Assembly: GCA_965178125.1 (NCBI GenBank)
Contig: OZ237764.1
Coordinates: 310,001-374,000 of the forward strand
Source of the DNA: Bilabrum cf. latius
Lineage: Eukaryota
Reading direction: 5' to 3'
Length of the DNA: 64,000 nucleotides
Shown here: in pieces, positions 47,082-60,360 of the stretch
How positions within the stretch are numbered: position 1 is the first letter of the stretch
How the letters are laid out: the number at the start of each line of letters is the position of its first letter
Program-made: the position numbers and the translations under genes
The notes under the pieces: model-generated
What the model was told of the DNA's origin: nothing
The model's database searches: none
What the model saw: only the letters and a program-made list of their open reading frames with translations

Positions 47082-48029
47082 TCAGACGGTGTAATCCTTG
47101 TGCATGGCGAAGTGGGAGACCTTCATGCCCTTGGACTCTGCGAAGCCGCCCAGCAGCTCGTTGAGCTTGCGCACCGTGGCCCTGATCGAGTCCGAGTCGC
47201 CCTCGTTGAACCAGAGGTCCAGGTTGATCTTGTAGTTGGAGGCCTTGGCGCTCTTGTCCGTCACACCCACACCGTTCAGCTTGTCGCAGCCGGGCAAGCT
47301 TTCCCCGATGGCGAGCATGACGAGGTGCTCCCACAGAGCGTCCCAGTGGCGCATGTCGTCGTCGCGCATCTCGGTGGTGGACCGGTACACGCATTTGGTT
47401 GCGCGCCGAGACTTGGCGGGCCACTCCGTGAAGGGCTGGACGCTCTTCCTGAACACCTGATAGCTCTCGATGGCGTACGTGCGCATCTCTGGCTTCTTGG
47501 CGTCCTTTCGCTTCACCTTCTGCTGGCCATCCGGGAAAATGAAAACCTCGCTGCGATGGAAGATCGAATCAAATAGTAGTGCATTCACGGTAATTGGCTC
47601 GCCGTGACTGCATGCAGCACGGAACTCTGGATGTGGGGGGTTCCAAATACAGAACACTAGTACGCGCCAGTGACTGCAAATCAAGCGCATTCCAGCAGCC
47701 CACAAACATTCATACGCATTTCACACTAAATTAAGCGCGTAAACAGCGTTTTTATGGGCAGTCGTGCGAAACGGACGGTGTGTTCCCAGTGCTCGCCGGT
47801 CTCACTTCAGTCTTGGCTGCAGAGCCCATCTTCTCCAGAAATCCTCGACTGTATCAAACTCGTAAATGACTATACGAGAATCATTCCAATGACCTTCGTA
47901 CTTCTTGTCCTGCGGATGGCCCTCCCAGACGCACCAAGAATCGCCCAACTTGTGCTCGCCACCGGCGGCTCCACCAGTCGCGGCGGCACCGCCGCTTGCT
48001 GCACCACTGCTACCCCTAACTCCCGCCAT
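47082..48029 (-). CDS. eIF4E: eIF4E-family cap-binding protein, divergent (~230 aa)
   Basis: HKLGDSWCVWE, HWNDS, FDTVEDFW, YQVFRKSVQP, LWEHLVMLAIGE...LNGVGV and LDLW. Intron 47551-47805 (GTGAGA...ATCGCAG) joins the two ORF-track pieces. Ends TGA. Confidence 0.85.
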
Positions 48030-48578
48030 GAAAGCTTTTGGGAGAAGAGAGAATATGAAAAGAAAAAGTAATTCAAACGGGACAGCACAGAGGCTGTATG
48101 AATGCCATGTCGGTGCGCCCAACTGCATTTCGAGCTCAAACCGCACGTTACCACCGTTTCGTAAGGTGGGCAACTGCCTCATAGACGAGCGAGCGTACCC
48201 AGACTATTTCAGCTTCGCAACAAGTAAAACGTCAATAGAACAACTGGAATAATGGCTCGACCGGTCCCGAGATGCGCCCGGTATCAATGCATCGAATCGA
48301 GCAAGGCAGACTCCACTGCCAGTGCAGGTCAAGTGGATGGATCCCCGTCCGACCAGGCGCTAGATACGTGTCCATCGGCGTACACAGCTTTATCACCGAA
48401 CGGCCAACTAAACGCACGTTCACTGTCTAGATCGAATTCAAAGACTGCATGCACAGCTCTAAATGGCATGCAGCAGCAGCTGCAAGCATAGCTCAACCAG
48501 TGGTTGGCCTCACCAAGGGTGCACCGCACGGTAGCGAAAGGACCAGTTGATCTCCAGGCGGCACATAGTCGGGCAACG

Positions 48579-51500
48579 ATGAATTATCAGTCTGATCTGG
48601 AGCAACAGATCATACATAGACTGTATGCATACCCGGGGGCTGCCATTTTGCTCAGAGAATGCGTGATTACGGGTGTGTGTGGCCCGTGCTCCGCGAGGGC
48701 AATTGGCATCGCGCACCCGTCGGCGCTTGTTTTGCAAGACAGTGAAATCAGAGCAATCATCTAGAATCTGGTCCAACTACCATCCTATTCCATGGATCGA
48801 GACAAAGGGAAAACATGTCCTGTGTGCGCCGGCATGTCACAGCGGACTGGAGTGCTAGATGCGAAAGGCAAGCTTTACTATGCTCAAAACTCAGGGAGGT
48901 TCACTGACCACAAGACAACAAATGAGAGATCGGAGGTGAATCGTTCTATGATGCGCCAAGTCCGAAATGAGCAGGAAACTGTCGAAGCAGGCGGGCGCTT
49001 GCACGTCGCTGCCCGCTCGTTCGGACTGTCCAATGGCGACACAATCGAAGGAGAGGAAGCCTCATCTATGCGAGCCCAGAGCCTGCACGATGCTACCGTT
49101 CCACTGCTGCAGGGTCGCCGCCACAAGACGAATGAGGTCACGGTCTCTCTCGCGCTCCCGCCTGCAGTGGCCCTCCGTGACGCCTACTTCATTCAGAGGA
49201 TGCGGGTCCTTTTCGCGGCTGCAGCACAATCGATGCCGGAATCTTTGCACCGGGCCGGCCAATCATCTTCCAGTGCAGCACTTGCCGAGCCCCCGGCTAA
49301 GAAATCAAGGGTTGGTGAGCAGCCAACAGCTAGCACCACAGCCGTCCATCAGACCGCCGCACTCGGTCTACCATGGGGCATCGCGGACCTCAAGTCGGAC
49401 CTCAAGCGCGGCCTCCAGCTGCACCTGGAATCCGCTGGATACAAGGTGCAGCACGACGCCGAAATTGACGTATCGACAGTCATGCTGGCGAGCGACGTCG
49501 ACGACAGCGCCGCTGCCCTGGCCGTGCCAATCCTAACTAGGCACAGGGGGGTTGACACGCTGGACGCGGTGCAGCGGCTGGGCAAGCGATTCAAGCAGGC
49601 GGGGAACAAGAGATAGAGGGGAATCGATGCCCTGAAGGCTGCATCCGGTGCTGAAGATGCCGTGACGAGTGCGACTTCAGAGGCCCCGCAGGTCCCGATG
49701 CAGGGTGCGGGAGCGTCGACGTCCGAGGTTGGGGTGAAATCCAGCGGCAGCCCGGCTGCCAGCGCCTCTGCAGCGACTGCCGGCGGTGCAAGCTTGACCT
49801 CCAGCTGTAGCTCCAGCCCCGGCTCTGGTTCTGGCTTAAGCAGCAGCTCCAGCATTCCCTCTGCATCGTCTGCTGGCCTCGTGGACCCTGAAGTGGCCCT
49901 CATGTGCGCCCACCTCGTACCCGCTCAGCTGGCCCCCTCTCTTCTGCGGAAGGGCCTGGGTGCCAGTGACCTCTGTGGCGGGGGTGTGCTCCCAGCGGGT
50001 GGCGCGGCCTAGCTGGCAATGATGGCGAGGATGAGCCAGGCACGGCTGGAGAAGGTTCTCTATGGGATCGCGTGGGCCGGTGAAGCCGGCGGGGAGCAGC
50101 TGGCAGACGAGGCGACCGCTGCCTGGAAATCTCTGGAGGAATCGGGGTTCTGCGAGCGGCTTAGGGGTGGTGCGTTGGATGGCTCAGGCCCCACCGCTGG
50201 CTCGGGTCAAGCCTCCAGCCGGGCAGCTCCTTCGAGTTCACCAGAGAATCCCAAAGTGGCCGGGCACCCGCTGCCTCCCATGGATGACCTGCGGGAGCAA
50301 TACGGGCGCGGGCTGCTGCCCTCCCCAGCGCACGGAGGCATGCCCTGGCCCCTTCCGTAGCCGTTTCTCCCTGTTGCTTTCAGGGTAAACGTGTCGCACG
50401 CGCCCGTCTTCATTCGCGGGAGGTACCTGAAGCTGGCCAGGGGCATCAGCCAGTCGCCGTGGACGCTGCCTGCGGGCGAGACGGCAGGCAATATGGCCGA
50501 AGGAGCGCAGGCAGGTACCGGCGGTGCAGATGAAGACGATGAGGAGGATGAGGAGGAGGATGAGGAGGAGGAGGATGCAAGCAGCAAGAGTGGCGGCGGG
50601 GCATCGACCAAGAGTCGCACCGGCCGAAGCATCCGCAACGTGGAAACTGACGTGTGCAGTCCCTTGAAGAGGATGTTCGGGAGCCCCGCCGCGAAATTGA
50701 TCGGGTCTGGGCGGGAGGACCGAGACGTCAGGATGCTGGGCAGGGGACGGCCGTTCGTGGTGGAAATTTTGGACCCGTAGGACACGCTTGTGGGCGAGGA
50801 CGGCTTGAGGCAGGCTCAGATCGAGATCAATTTCGCGGGGGATCAAGCGGGCCTGCAGAGGGCCCTGGCAGCCGAGCGAGCTAGAATCCATACGTCTGCA
50901 AGTGGAGGCAGCAGCGCAGAAGGCGAGCAGTAGGTCTCGTCCGCTGATGAATCAACACTATCAACCTCGCGTAGTATCGCAGCGCAGCAGGGGGCAGGGG
51001 CGGCAACAGCAACAGCAACCGGCCCGCAGCAGGAGTCTACCATGGCGGCGTATCTCGCCTCCGGATCCGTTGAGTTCGATGAAAGCCAAGGAACAAGTGA
51101 TGTGCAGGTGCGCGGGCTGGAGTTCGGCAACAGGTCCGACGTACTTGGGATGCAGCAAGGTGCATCGGTCAAGCGCAAGCACTATTGCGCCCTCTGCTGG
51201 TGCAAGGCATCCCTGACACAGGCAGTGCTTGACGATAGGCTAGGGTCGCAGAAGGACCTGCTCGTGCATCAGCTGACCCCCGTGCGCGTGCTGCATCGCC
51301 GCACGGCCATGACGAGGAAGAAGATGATCCACTCGATGAGCGCCGAGCTCGTGAATGAGCACTGGTTCGTGCTGCGGCTAGAGACGAGCGCGGGGACGTA
51401 CGTGAAGGAATTCGTGCACGGTGACATGGGACGGACTGCCCCCAACGTGGGGGACCTGCTTGGAGGCAGCTGCGACATTTTGCAGCTGGATGTGACTGGT

Positions 51501-51701
51501 ATCGTGGAGCCGCCACCGGGGACCATGCTGCCGGCTGCACTCCGGGGGTCGGGTTAGGGGTCAGCTAGAAACGATGGGAAGAACCGTGGGGGCGGTGGAG
51601 ATAGGAGAGGTGGTAAGGGTCGTGGACGTGGTAGGGGGCGGGGCAGGGGCAGGGGCAGGGGCAGAGGTAGGGGCAGGGGCAGGGGCGGAGGGAGACGTTA
51701 A
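48579..51701 (+). CDS. PUS10: tRNA pseudouridine synthase Pus10 with insertions and a C-terminal RG tail (~1,040 aa)
   Basis: N-terminal CxxC pairs (CGPC, CPVC), VFIRGRYLKLARGISQSPW, catalytic GREDRDVRMLGRGRPF, QLTPVRVLHRR, and AGTYVKEFVHGDMGRTAP...LDV. Seven in-frame TAGs. Ends TAA 51699-51701. The frame is also open upstream to ATG 48252. Confidence 0.9.
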
Positions 51702-51929
51702 TGCATGGACCCAGTGGGGCGAGATTCTAAAAACGCGTGTTTTCGGTGTGTTCACCTGCTCAGCATACTCGTTGATTCGCCAAATTCTACTGCACAAGGC
51801 AAGACGCTGCGGCTTGGTTTGGTCACTTCTGCTTTGTTCCGGTTTGAAGGCGCGGATCGGATTCAACAAGAACGCAACTTTCCTCAGCCTTATAGCGACA
51901 CAATACATAGGTACTCAAAATAATTCGAG

Positions 51930-54900
51930 ATGCGAAAATTCTCAATAGATGATATACTCAAGCATTTCGAGGCTGGAACTGGCCAGGACGTGCTCAGTCT
52001 GGCAATTCGTCAGCTACGATCGGATGCGAGGAAGCCTGCAGTTGAGCAGCGTGGGATCATCGGGTAGCCCGGTGGGGTTATTTGTGTGCAGTCTACCGAG
52101 GATGGGTACACGGTACTGCATTCCATTGCGTTCGTCGATGCACTGGTGGCGGCCAGGCAGGTGTTCCATTGGGTTGATGCAAACCTTGACGACGCGAGCA
52201 AAGGAGCGGTATTGGACAGCACCTGGTAAGCAAGCTTGAGTGTTTGCTGCGCTTTGCGTGCATTGCTATTGAAAGCTCCCGATTGTAGGAGGGATGTGAA
52301 TCTGCGAGTGGTGATGCCATCTCTTACCTGCTTGCACACACGTCGAGAAAAGTGGTTCCCGGGCCCGTGGCTACAATTCTGCGGTTGCACCGGGCTGATG
52401 CACCGCCCATGACCAGAACTGCGACGCAATGATTCGATGAATCTAAATGTTACTATTTCGCGACTGGCCTCAATAATTTCCGCAGCTCCAAGGGCGAGAC
52501 CCCGCTCGTGATCGCCGCCACGCGAGGCAACGAGCAGATGGTCAGGTTGCTGCTTGCTGCAGGGGCTAATCCCAGGGGTGCACCCGCTGGCCGTCCGAGC
52601 GCTGCCCGCGTTGCCATGAGCAGGAATCACCACGCGGTCGCTCGCATCTTGCTGAACCTGGGCCCGGAGGACGAGCTGCCCATGTGCCCCGTGTGCTTCG
52701 ATGTCGCCGATGAGACCCTGGTCCGCTGTGGGCACAGGCTGTGCGTCAAGTGCGCGCAGACATGCGTCGAGACGTGGTTGCAGTCCAAGGACGAGACCCC
52801 GCTGCGCTGTCCTCACCACGGCTGCGACACCGCTTTCACCGATGCTGAGCTGGACCTGTTCTGCCACCACCCAGTGCTGCAAAGGGAGCTGGACGACAAG
52901 AGGCTGAGGGTTGCCCTCAGGAGCATGCCCGATTACGTGAACTGCCCCCACTGCGATGCCGGTGGAATCTACCCGAGTAGCCTCGAGGCCGGGCTGGCCC
53001 AGCCCTCGGCCGCTGGGGCTGCCACTGGCGGTGCGGCTGCCCTCGAGGCGTCCGCTTCCAAGGACTCCTCCGCCAGAGCAGAGGGTGTGGGCTCCGGCCC
53101 CATGCTTGAGAGCAAGGGGGCGGTGGCGGTGACCAAAGGGACTGATGCAGCCAGAGCCACTGCTGCAGGTGCTGAGGCTGAGGCTGCGGTGCCCAGTGCC
53201 TCTCCTGAGTCGGTGTGCCTGGACTTGTATTGCCCCCGTGGTCACCACTTCTGCAGGGGATGCAAGATGGGGGCGCACCCAGGACTGTCGTGTGACGAGT
53301 ATAAGGCCACAGCGGTGTGCAAGGACGAGCTGGCCAAGATGAACGGGGCCAAGCCGTGCCCTGGGTGCGGCTCGTTCACTTACAGGTCCGGCGGGTGCAG
53401 TCACATGACCTGCCGGAGGTGCCGGAAGGAGTGGTGCTTTCTCTGCGGAGGGGACTATATTGGACACTACGTGATGAGTGGCGACAAGTGCGCCTGTGCT
53501 AGCATCAGGACGCGCAGGCGCAGGCAAGAGCTGGGCTCCGGTGACGCTTCTGCTCGTGGTCTCGCGGCTGCCTGGGCTGGCCTGGCCTCAGGTGGCACTC
53601 CCGCAACACCGGCGCCGGGTGCCGCAGCATCAGGCGCGGGCACTGGTGAAGCAGCTGCGCCGGAACCCTAGCCTCGAACAGAGCGTGAGCCCATTCGAAC
53701 GAGCCCCGTCGTGACGGTCGAGGTTCCATCTAGTGCTGGCGCAATTCCCACGGCTGCCTACACCCTGGACACACCCACCGCAGCAATGGGGTCGGCTCCA
53801 ATGCCCGAGGCAACGCACATTGCAACCGGTGACAGGGTACTCCGTCGAGATATGAGGGGTTTGCATAGCGCGTACCGTGCCCGGTAGCCGTCTGGTGCTG
53901 CCGCGAGCACCCGTTCGACTGGCACGATGGGGCCTACTCCGTCCTCTCCATCGAGTGGTGCACCTCCTACCTCTATGGCAAGGGCAGAGCCGCCCACAGA
54001 CGTCGATGCAGCCCTGGCATCCATGCACAGGGATCGTGATCGTGCGGCTCTCAGGGCTCGAGGGGATCGACGCAGCTCTGCCCGGGGAACCAGGCACCTT
54101 GCCCAGCAGCAGTACAGCGACTACCTGGCGAGCTCCTCGAGATCTTGGCAGGATGCTTTGTCGCCCCGTACCAGCCCCGGGATCACCATCGAGCGTAGTC
54201 GCCGTTCTCGTGATACCCCTGCTGGACGTACACCTCCTCGAGGGGTGGCAGCCGGTGTGCACCCGCGAGTTGCAGCCCGGGAGTACCCCAAGGATGCGGT
54301 TGACTCTCGGCCGCGCGGTGGTCGTGATTTCTCTCGCGCCGAGCCGAGTCCACGGTTGCCAGGCCACAGGCGAGAGGTGCGCGCAACACACCGGCGTCAC
54401 CCTGAGCTAAGCGCTGCGGATCGACGGGCGGCACTTGGCACAAGAATGCAACTGCGAAGGTCGGTCGATGCTGCAACCAGAACGCCAACTGGAAGCAGCC
54501 GCGAGCGCGAGAGCAGCCGCAGGCATGCTGGCCGCGACGAGGCAGAACGCTCGCGCCATGGGGTGCTGGGTAGAAGGCCCGCAGCACGCCGAGCAGCGCA
54601 AGTTTCCTCTGCTACAGAGCCCGCCCCGCGTCCCGAAGGCCTCCACAGGCGTCGAGCAGAGTGTGGGAGTGGGTCTAGGCACTGGACCATGATACGGGAG
54701 AGGGTGCGACGGGGCGGGGCAGTCGAGGCAGGTGTAGGGGCTAGCACCACCGGTGCCAGAGCCGCTGGAGGGAGAGGCTCACGGGATGCGCGTCAGCAGG
54801 CTAGGACAAGTACCGGCGCTTCTACCCGATCTGACAGATCCCGAGCTGCTCCAGCAGCCGCCGAGGAGAGAACGTTTTGGCAGCGACCCGTCCGTCGCGA

Positions 54901-55102
54901 CCGTAGAGTCGTGCAGGCGAGGCCTAGGAAGGCAGGTAGCGTGCGCGGCAGTCGTCGGATCCTTGAAGAGGCCATGGAAGAGGTTGATCGGGAGGCTTGG
55001 GTACTAAGGCACAGGGAGGACAGCGTCAGCCATACACGCGGTTACTCGCGAGCAGCGCAGCCGGGACCACGGGCAGCAGAGGTGAGGGCCAGCCTCCACT
55101 GA
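51930..55102 (+). CDS. Ankyrin-repeat RBR (RING1-IBR-RING2) E3 ubiquitin ligase (~970 aa)
   Basis: Ankyrin motifs GYTVLH and GETPLVIAATRGNEQMVRLLLAAGANP. RING1 CPVC...CGHRLCVKC...CPHHGC, split IBR, and RING2 CPGC...GGCSHMTCRRCRKEWCFLC. Intron 52226-52485. Three TAGs; Arg-rich tail; ends TGA. Confidence 0.85.
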
Positions 55103-55248
55103 TCCGCCTGGCAGAGGAGTAGACTATCGCAGTCCTTTGATGAACAGAGTCACATTCGATGGAAGTTGTATGGCGTCCTACCTTGGCCTACAGGCCGATA
55201 ACACACCCGGGTATACTCAAACACAATCCGGGGTGCTTGATGGATTTC

Positions 55249-58200
55249 TCAGGCACAAATCAAGTCAAATTCATAGCTGCCGCCACCAAGCTGCATGCCG
55301 GCCACGAGATCAGGCTTTCCCTGTGCTCCCAGATCACGCCCAAGCGAAGCGGCTAGTACAGCCGCGCGCGGCCCAAACAGAACATCCCACCGGCCGCATC
55401 GAACCGTCTGAACGCTGGCAAATGGCGCAACCATGGCTGAGCTGCACTGTCCTCCCTATCCGCTGGTCCGCTCCAATACACTGCAGGACTCCATGGAGCT
55501 GACCGGCGCGATCACGCGCGCCTTGGTGCCCAGAGGCACGGTGACCTGCACCCGTGTCACCGTCCCGGCTCCATCCTCGCTCTCCTGCGGCAGAGGCACA
55601 GACACGTTGGCCCGCACTATGCCCCTCGCCATCGTCCTCGAGCTGCTGACCCACTGCACGCCCACCAGGTCTGGCCTGGGTGCCACCACCACCTGCCCCC
55701 AGGGGTCCACGGCCGAGTCATCCACCGGCCGGATGCCGCCAATGCCCGTGTAGGCAAAGCTCACGGAGCCTCCGAACATGATGTGCGCCCAAGAACCGTC
55801 AGCATAGGACCCATTCTAGTACGATCCGAACCATCGCTCCCAGATGGTGCTTCCCCCCGTGGTGGCCATCCAGTAGTAGGAAGGCAGGGCCGTCCTGGTC
55901 AGCACCTGGGCCGCTTCCTCCTCGAAGCCCTCGGTCTGCAGCACGGTTGTGAGGACAGCTGCACCCACCACCCCGGTCTGCATCGCGTAGTCGGTATCGA
56001 CTACGCTTTGCTTCAGCACTGCGGCAGCACGCTGCTTCTCGGTCGGGTCCTGAAGGACACCGAGCCTTAGGCTGATCGACTGCGTGGTCTGCAACGGTGG
56101 CCTGAAATTCACCGCGTGAGGGGTCTTGGCGGGCAGATCAGGATCCCTGAACTGGCCTGTTGTCTGATTATAGAAAGCATCATGGTACGACAGCCGCAGC
56201 TGAGTTGCAAGCTTCCCGTACTTTGCCTCACTGGGTGCGTCATTCATGGCGTGAGCCGCGCGAGTCACGGCGTCCAGACCCATGCCGAGATAGTACGAGT
56301 TGAGGGGGTTGGAAATGTGGTTGCAGCCGAGATCGCTCGGCTCGTTCCACCCGCACCAGTCACCATTGTTGGTCCCCGGGTAATTCGTGTGCAACAGCCC
56401 GGTACTCTGGTTGGTGAACCCCAGCAGCAGGTCAACGTAGTCCTTCACGCCCTGGTAGTGCTCCTTGAGGATGCCCCTGTCGCCGTAGTGGCGCCAGGCG
56501 TAGTCGTATATCAGCGGATAGGCGCCGCCCCATGCCGTGTCAGAGTAGTACTTGCCCGACACACTCAGGAAGATGGAGGGCTCCATCTAGCCGATCGATC
56601 CGTAAAAGGCGGCGTGGGTCTGCGACTGCCGGATATCGGTGAGCCATTTCCTGTAGGGGGCCTGCATGTCGAAGGCAGCCGCCATGAAGAGGAGAGCCGC
56701 CCCGCTATCTCCCATCCAGCCCCGCTTCTCTCTCGTGGGACAGTCCGTGGGGATGGACATGAAGTTCAGCACGCCAGATGCACGGGTGGCGTTCACCACT
56801 CGGGTCAGGGCATACCCCGCACTCACGGCGCTCTGGTCCGATGCCGAGGCATCCTCAAGCTCGGGCCCCAGCTCCAGCTCGGAAGCGTTCTTCAGGTCTG
56901 TGTGGAAGGACAGGCACTTGAGCACGGGGTTGGACTGGGAGGGCGAGGGGCCCTGCCACCCCTCTACCCCGATGTACCGGTAGCCAGTGTACATGAAGCG
57001 GTTGGGCACCACGGGAGGGTCCAAGCCCGGGTCACCTGCGCACTCATACCGGGCCATCTGCTGCTCCCTGCCGCCATGCTTGCGGTCAGGCACCGTGGGT
57101 GTGGGCATCACGGTGCCATTGTCGTACAGCGTCTCAGCATAGATGGTCTTGACCACCGTGCCGGCCGTGCACCAATCGGACCCGCTGGCAGGACCACCAG
57201 TTCCCGCACCATCAGCATCTGCCTCGGCCCGCAGCACCAGCATGCAGTGTCCAGAGACCTCCCTCCCCGCGTCAAAGACCAGCTGGCCCTGGTCCCCTCT
57301 CCTCCCCAGAAACTCGGGGAAGAGAGTCTCCTGCACCCGGATGGGGGGCTCCTGCGTCACCGCCATGGCTCCAGTGGGCCCCGGCAGCTTGTCCGCCGCC
57401 CGCCACTGCGTCCCACCTGGGTTGAACCCCTTCTTTGTCCACCCCGGAGTGGCCCTCAAGCCGCTCCTGAACTCGCCCAGGTGCATGTCGTCCTCGATAA
57501 GGTCACCTGCCCCCAGCCGGGCGTCCTGTGCCCGTGAGATGGCCGTGCCGTTCGCCGATGGGTTCTGGGTCTGCCACTGGATGGCAAATCTGACCATCCT
57601 CGGCCCCTGTGGCATGGGCATAGGAGGGTTGTAGAAGTAATCGTTCCAGATGGCCCACCACCACCGGCCCATCTCGAATGCAAGCGTGACCCTGGAATCG
57701 CCCACCGGAGGGCTCCCCGCGCCATCGGTCCCTGCCAGCGCCTGCTAGAGCGCCTCTGTGCAGTCGATCACGTCGTACAAGGTCCTGTTCCTCCATTCCG
57801 TCACAGTTGCGTGCACCTCGTCTGGGGCAAGGGGCACGCCGCCCAGCCAGCCAGCGTAGGCGCCCAGACCTGAGACGAAACAGGACGCATGCTGCAGAGT
57901 TGCGCCTGCCGGTATGTTTAAATCAATGTCAAAGAGCAGCTGGGACGCGCTGCTTTCCGGCATGGAACGGTTGGTTACTGCGTTTCCCACCCACTCGGCA
58001 CCGTTCCAATCCTGCTCGGTCAGCAGTCCCGTTCGGAATTCCGGTCCGTCAGCGTACGGGCTGGGAGCATCTGAGCCGGCGGAATCGACCCAAATACGCG
58101 CCTACCACACGTATCGACTGCTAGAAAGGAGTGGTTCCCCGCGGTACTGGATCCAGCTCATCGGAGTCTAGGGATTCACCTGGAGCTTGCCTGAGTCCCA

Positions 58201-58443
58201 CGTCTGCAGGTCAGACGATTCACCCCAGGCACGAAGCGCGACGACTATCTGTATCGCGGTAATATTTGCACCCCAAAGAGCGGTCTGGGAAGGGGCGGGG
58301 CTTCCAACTGAGAATGACGGAGCGGAATCGACAGCAACGGGCTCGGCGGAGCCTTGGACCCTAAGATTGACAGGAGCAGGCGGCACCATGACGGCTGCTG
58401 CATAGCACATGCTAATCAGCATTGTTCCAGCTTGTGAGACCAT
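55249..58443 (-). CDS. Alpha-L-rhamnosidase, GH78 (~1,064 aa)
   Basis: WDSGK...YRGEPLLSSSRYVW*ARIW, SGLGAY, FMYTGYRY, IPTDCPTREKRGWMGD, STIWERW and SWAHIMFGG. The ORF pieces join in frame across six TAGs; ends TGA. Confidence 0.9.
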
Positions 58444-58648
58444 TTACGTAAGGGCTTCTGATGGTGCAATTGGACAGCGAGAGCGTGTTTTGGTTGCGTG
58501 CATTTCCGAATGCGTATTGATGGGATCTTTGACAAGGTAGTTCGAGGAGCGAAACGTGCGCAAGCATAGATACTGAAGTGTTTTGATGCGTTCCTAATTA
58601 AGGTAGGTCCAAGACGAACCTGAGTCTGACCGAGCCACACTCACTGAA

Positions 58649-60064
58649 ATGCAGCGTAACGGCAACTACTTGCAGCCAATCGCTGGCCAGGTTTTGCGTT
58701 GCACTGGCACACTGCAAGGCAATGGGGGAAACAGACATACCTCTCCGATCGAACTGCGTCGTGCTGGGGGTGGAAGTCGCCTATAGCCGATCTCTCCCAG
58801 GCCAAGCAAGGGATCTGTGGATTCGGGGCGTAGCACGCCAACGCACATGCCTGGCTAGTTGGATAAGCACGAGTGGCGCCCGCCATCGCTGCCTACTACG
58901 ATACATCCATAGAATGGCGCTCATAGATCACCTGAATCACTTGTTCACCGGCCGAAGCGACAAGTTGGTATTTCAGCCATCCGGGCAGCTGCTGAAGCAG
59001 ACCTGGCTCAGCAGAGTTCTGCCGGCATAATGCGAGGACAACCCAGAAAAGGCCGGTCTGGAAAAGAACTTGCCCCCATCGATCGACCGGGCCCCGCTGC
59101 GGCTGGCCAAGGTGCTCATTCCTCCCTCGGGCCCAAGCCACCCCGAGGAGCAGCCCCCCATAATCCCCGAGCAGGTCTCAGGCCGGGGGCAGGGACCCGC
59201 GGGTTGACGCGATCCAGCAGCAACGGATCGGGAGGCGGCGAGGCCCATCGGCCCGGGGTGCCTGGTCTGGTCCCGCTGTCAGAGAGGGGGGCTCAACAGA
59301 GCCAGAGGCAGCTGGCAGAGGTGGGGAGGACACTCCTCAGGGCCGCGAGCGGGGGCAGTTCCGGTTTCGCCGAGGCGCGCTCGCCGATGCACAGCGCGCG
59401 GTCAGTAGGGTCCATGGCGGCAGCTGGAGGTAGTCAGGGCAGCGAGGGCCAGGGGGGCTCCCACGGGATGTCCATGGCACGTAACCTGGCTGATGCCAAC
59501 CACTCCCTTCAGGTGGAGGCGAGTGCCAGGGCACAGGCCAGCGGAGGGAGGACCGGGGTGAGGCTGGGAGACAGGGGCCGAGACTTTGGAGAAGTGTGGT
59601 CGGGCGGGGCGAGGGGACAGGATCCTATGGGTCCCATGGGTGGTGGTATGGCAGGGCGGGCGGCGAGTGTGCGGGCACAGGCCCTCGCTCAGCTAGAGGA
59701 CAGTGAGGACCAGCGCGGGCTGGGGAATAGTGGTCCAGGGAACAGTGGGGTGGGATACCGTCGATTTGGAGCTGGTACGGGGGAACAGTATCGACGCAAG
59801 GGGAGCTGGATTCAGGACCGAGCCCCAGTTGGCCGGGGACGAGCAGGGGCTGGGGCAGGAGCTGCACTTGGGCAAACGGGAGTGGGGTCATCAACGAGTA
59901 GTGGCATGACACTGGATCCGATCATTTCACCCATGAAGGCGAGTTAGGGCGGAGCTGTACCGCCGGGGATGGGGATTCCGCAGGCTACGTAGGGGCGTGG
60001 ACCTGGTGGTGGCAGCGGTGGCAGAACTGCCAGAGCTGGGGCAAGGCTTAAGCCACTGGGGTGA
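58649..60064 (+). CDS. Hypothetical Gly/Arg-rich low-complexity protein (~470 aa)
   Basis: The frame of ORF 59030-59947 extends upstream to ATG 58649 and downstream to TGA 60062 across five TAGs. No recognisable domain. Confidence 0.5.
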
Positions 60065-60360
60065 TCGCACATGATCCAGATAGATCTATAGACCAATGCA
60101 AATCAATGTTTAGGATTCAAGGATTGCTGCGCCGGTCACAGCCCAGACCGAACGTTGTCACTGGCAGAGATCCAGAGCTCCAGATAGATCATAAGATTAA
60201 ACCAAACTGGATGCAGCCACACCAGGCCTGAACTACACTAATGCTGTCATCATCCCGATCAGATCGTATCAGATCACCACCCGCACTTCAAGATTTCTTC
60301 CAAGCAGAACAACCGGGCATGCGCCTACCCTGTGATCATGAGCAGAGCAGACCCTATCGA

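Noticed and set aside
2194-48029. Functional linkage of GIGYF-like and eIF4E-like genes (4EHP-GIGYF complex)
   Set aside because: They are more than 40 kb apart with ~10 unrelated genes between, so co-location is probably chance.
52010-53527. Long antisense or alternative-frame ORFs in the track (e.g. 52010-53527 minus, 56116-57537 plus, 1547-2956 plus)
   Set aside because: Shadow ORFs of GC-rich genes that have clear domains in another frame or strand.
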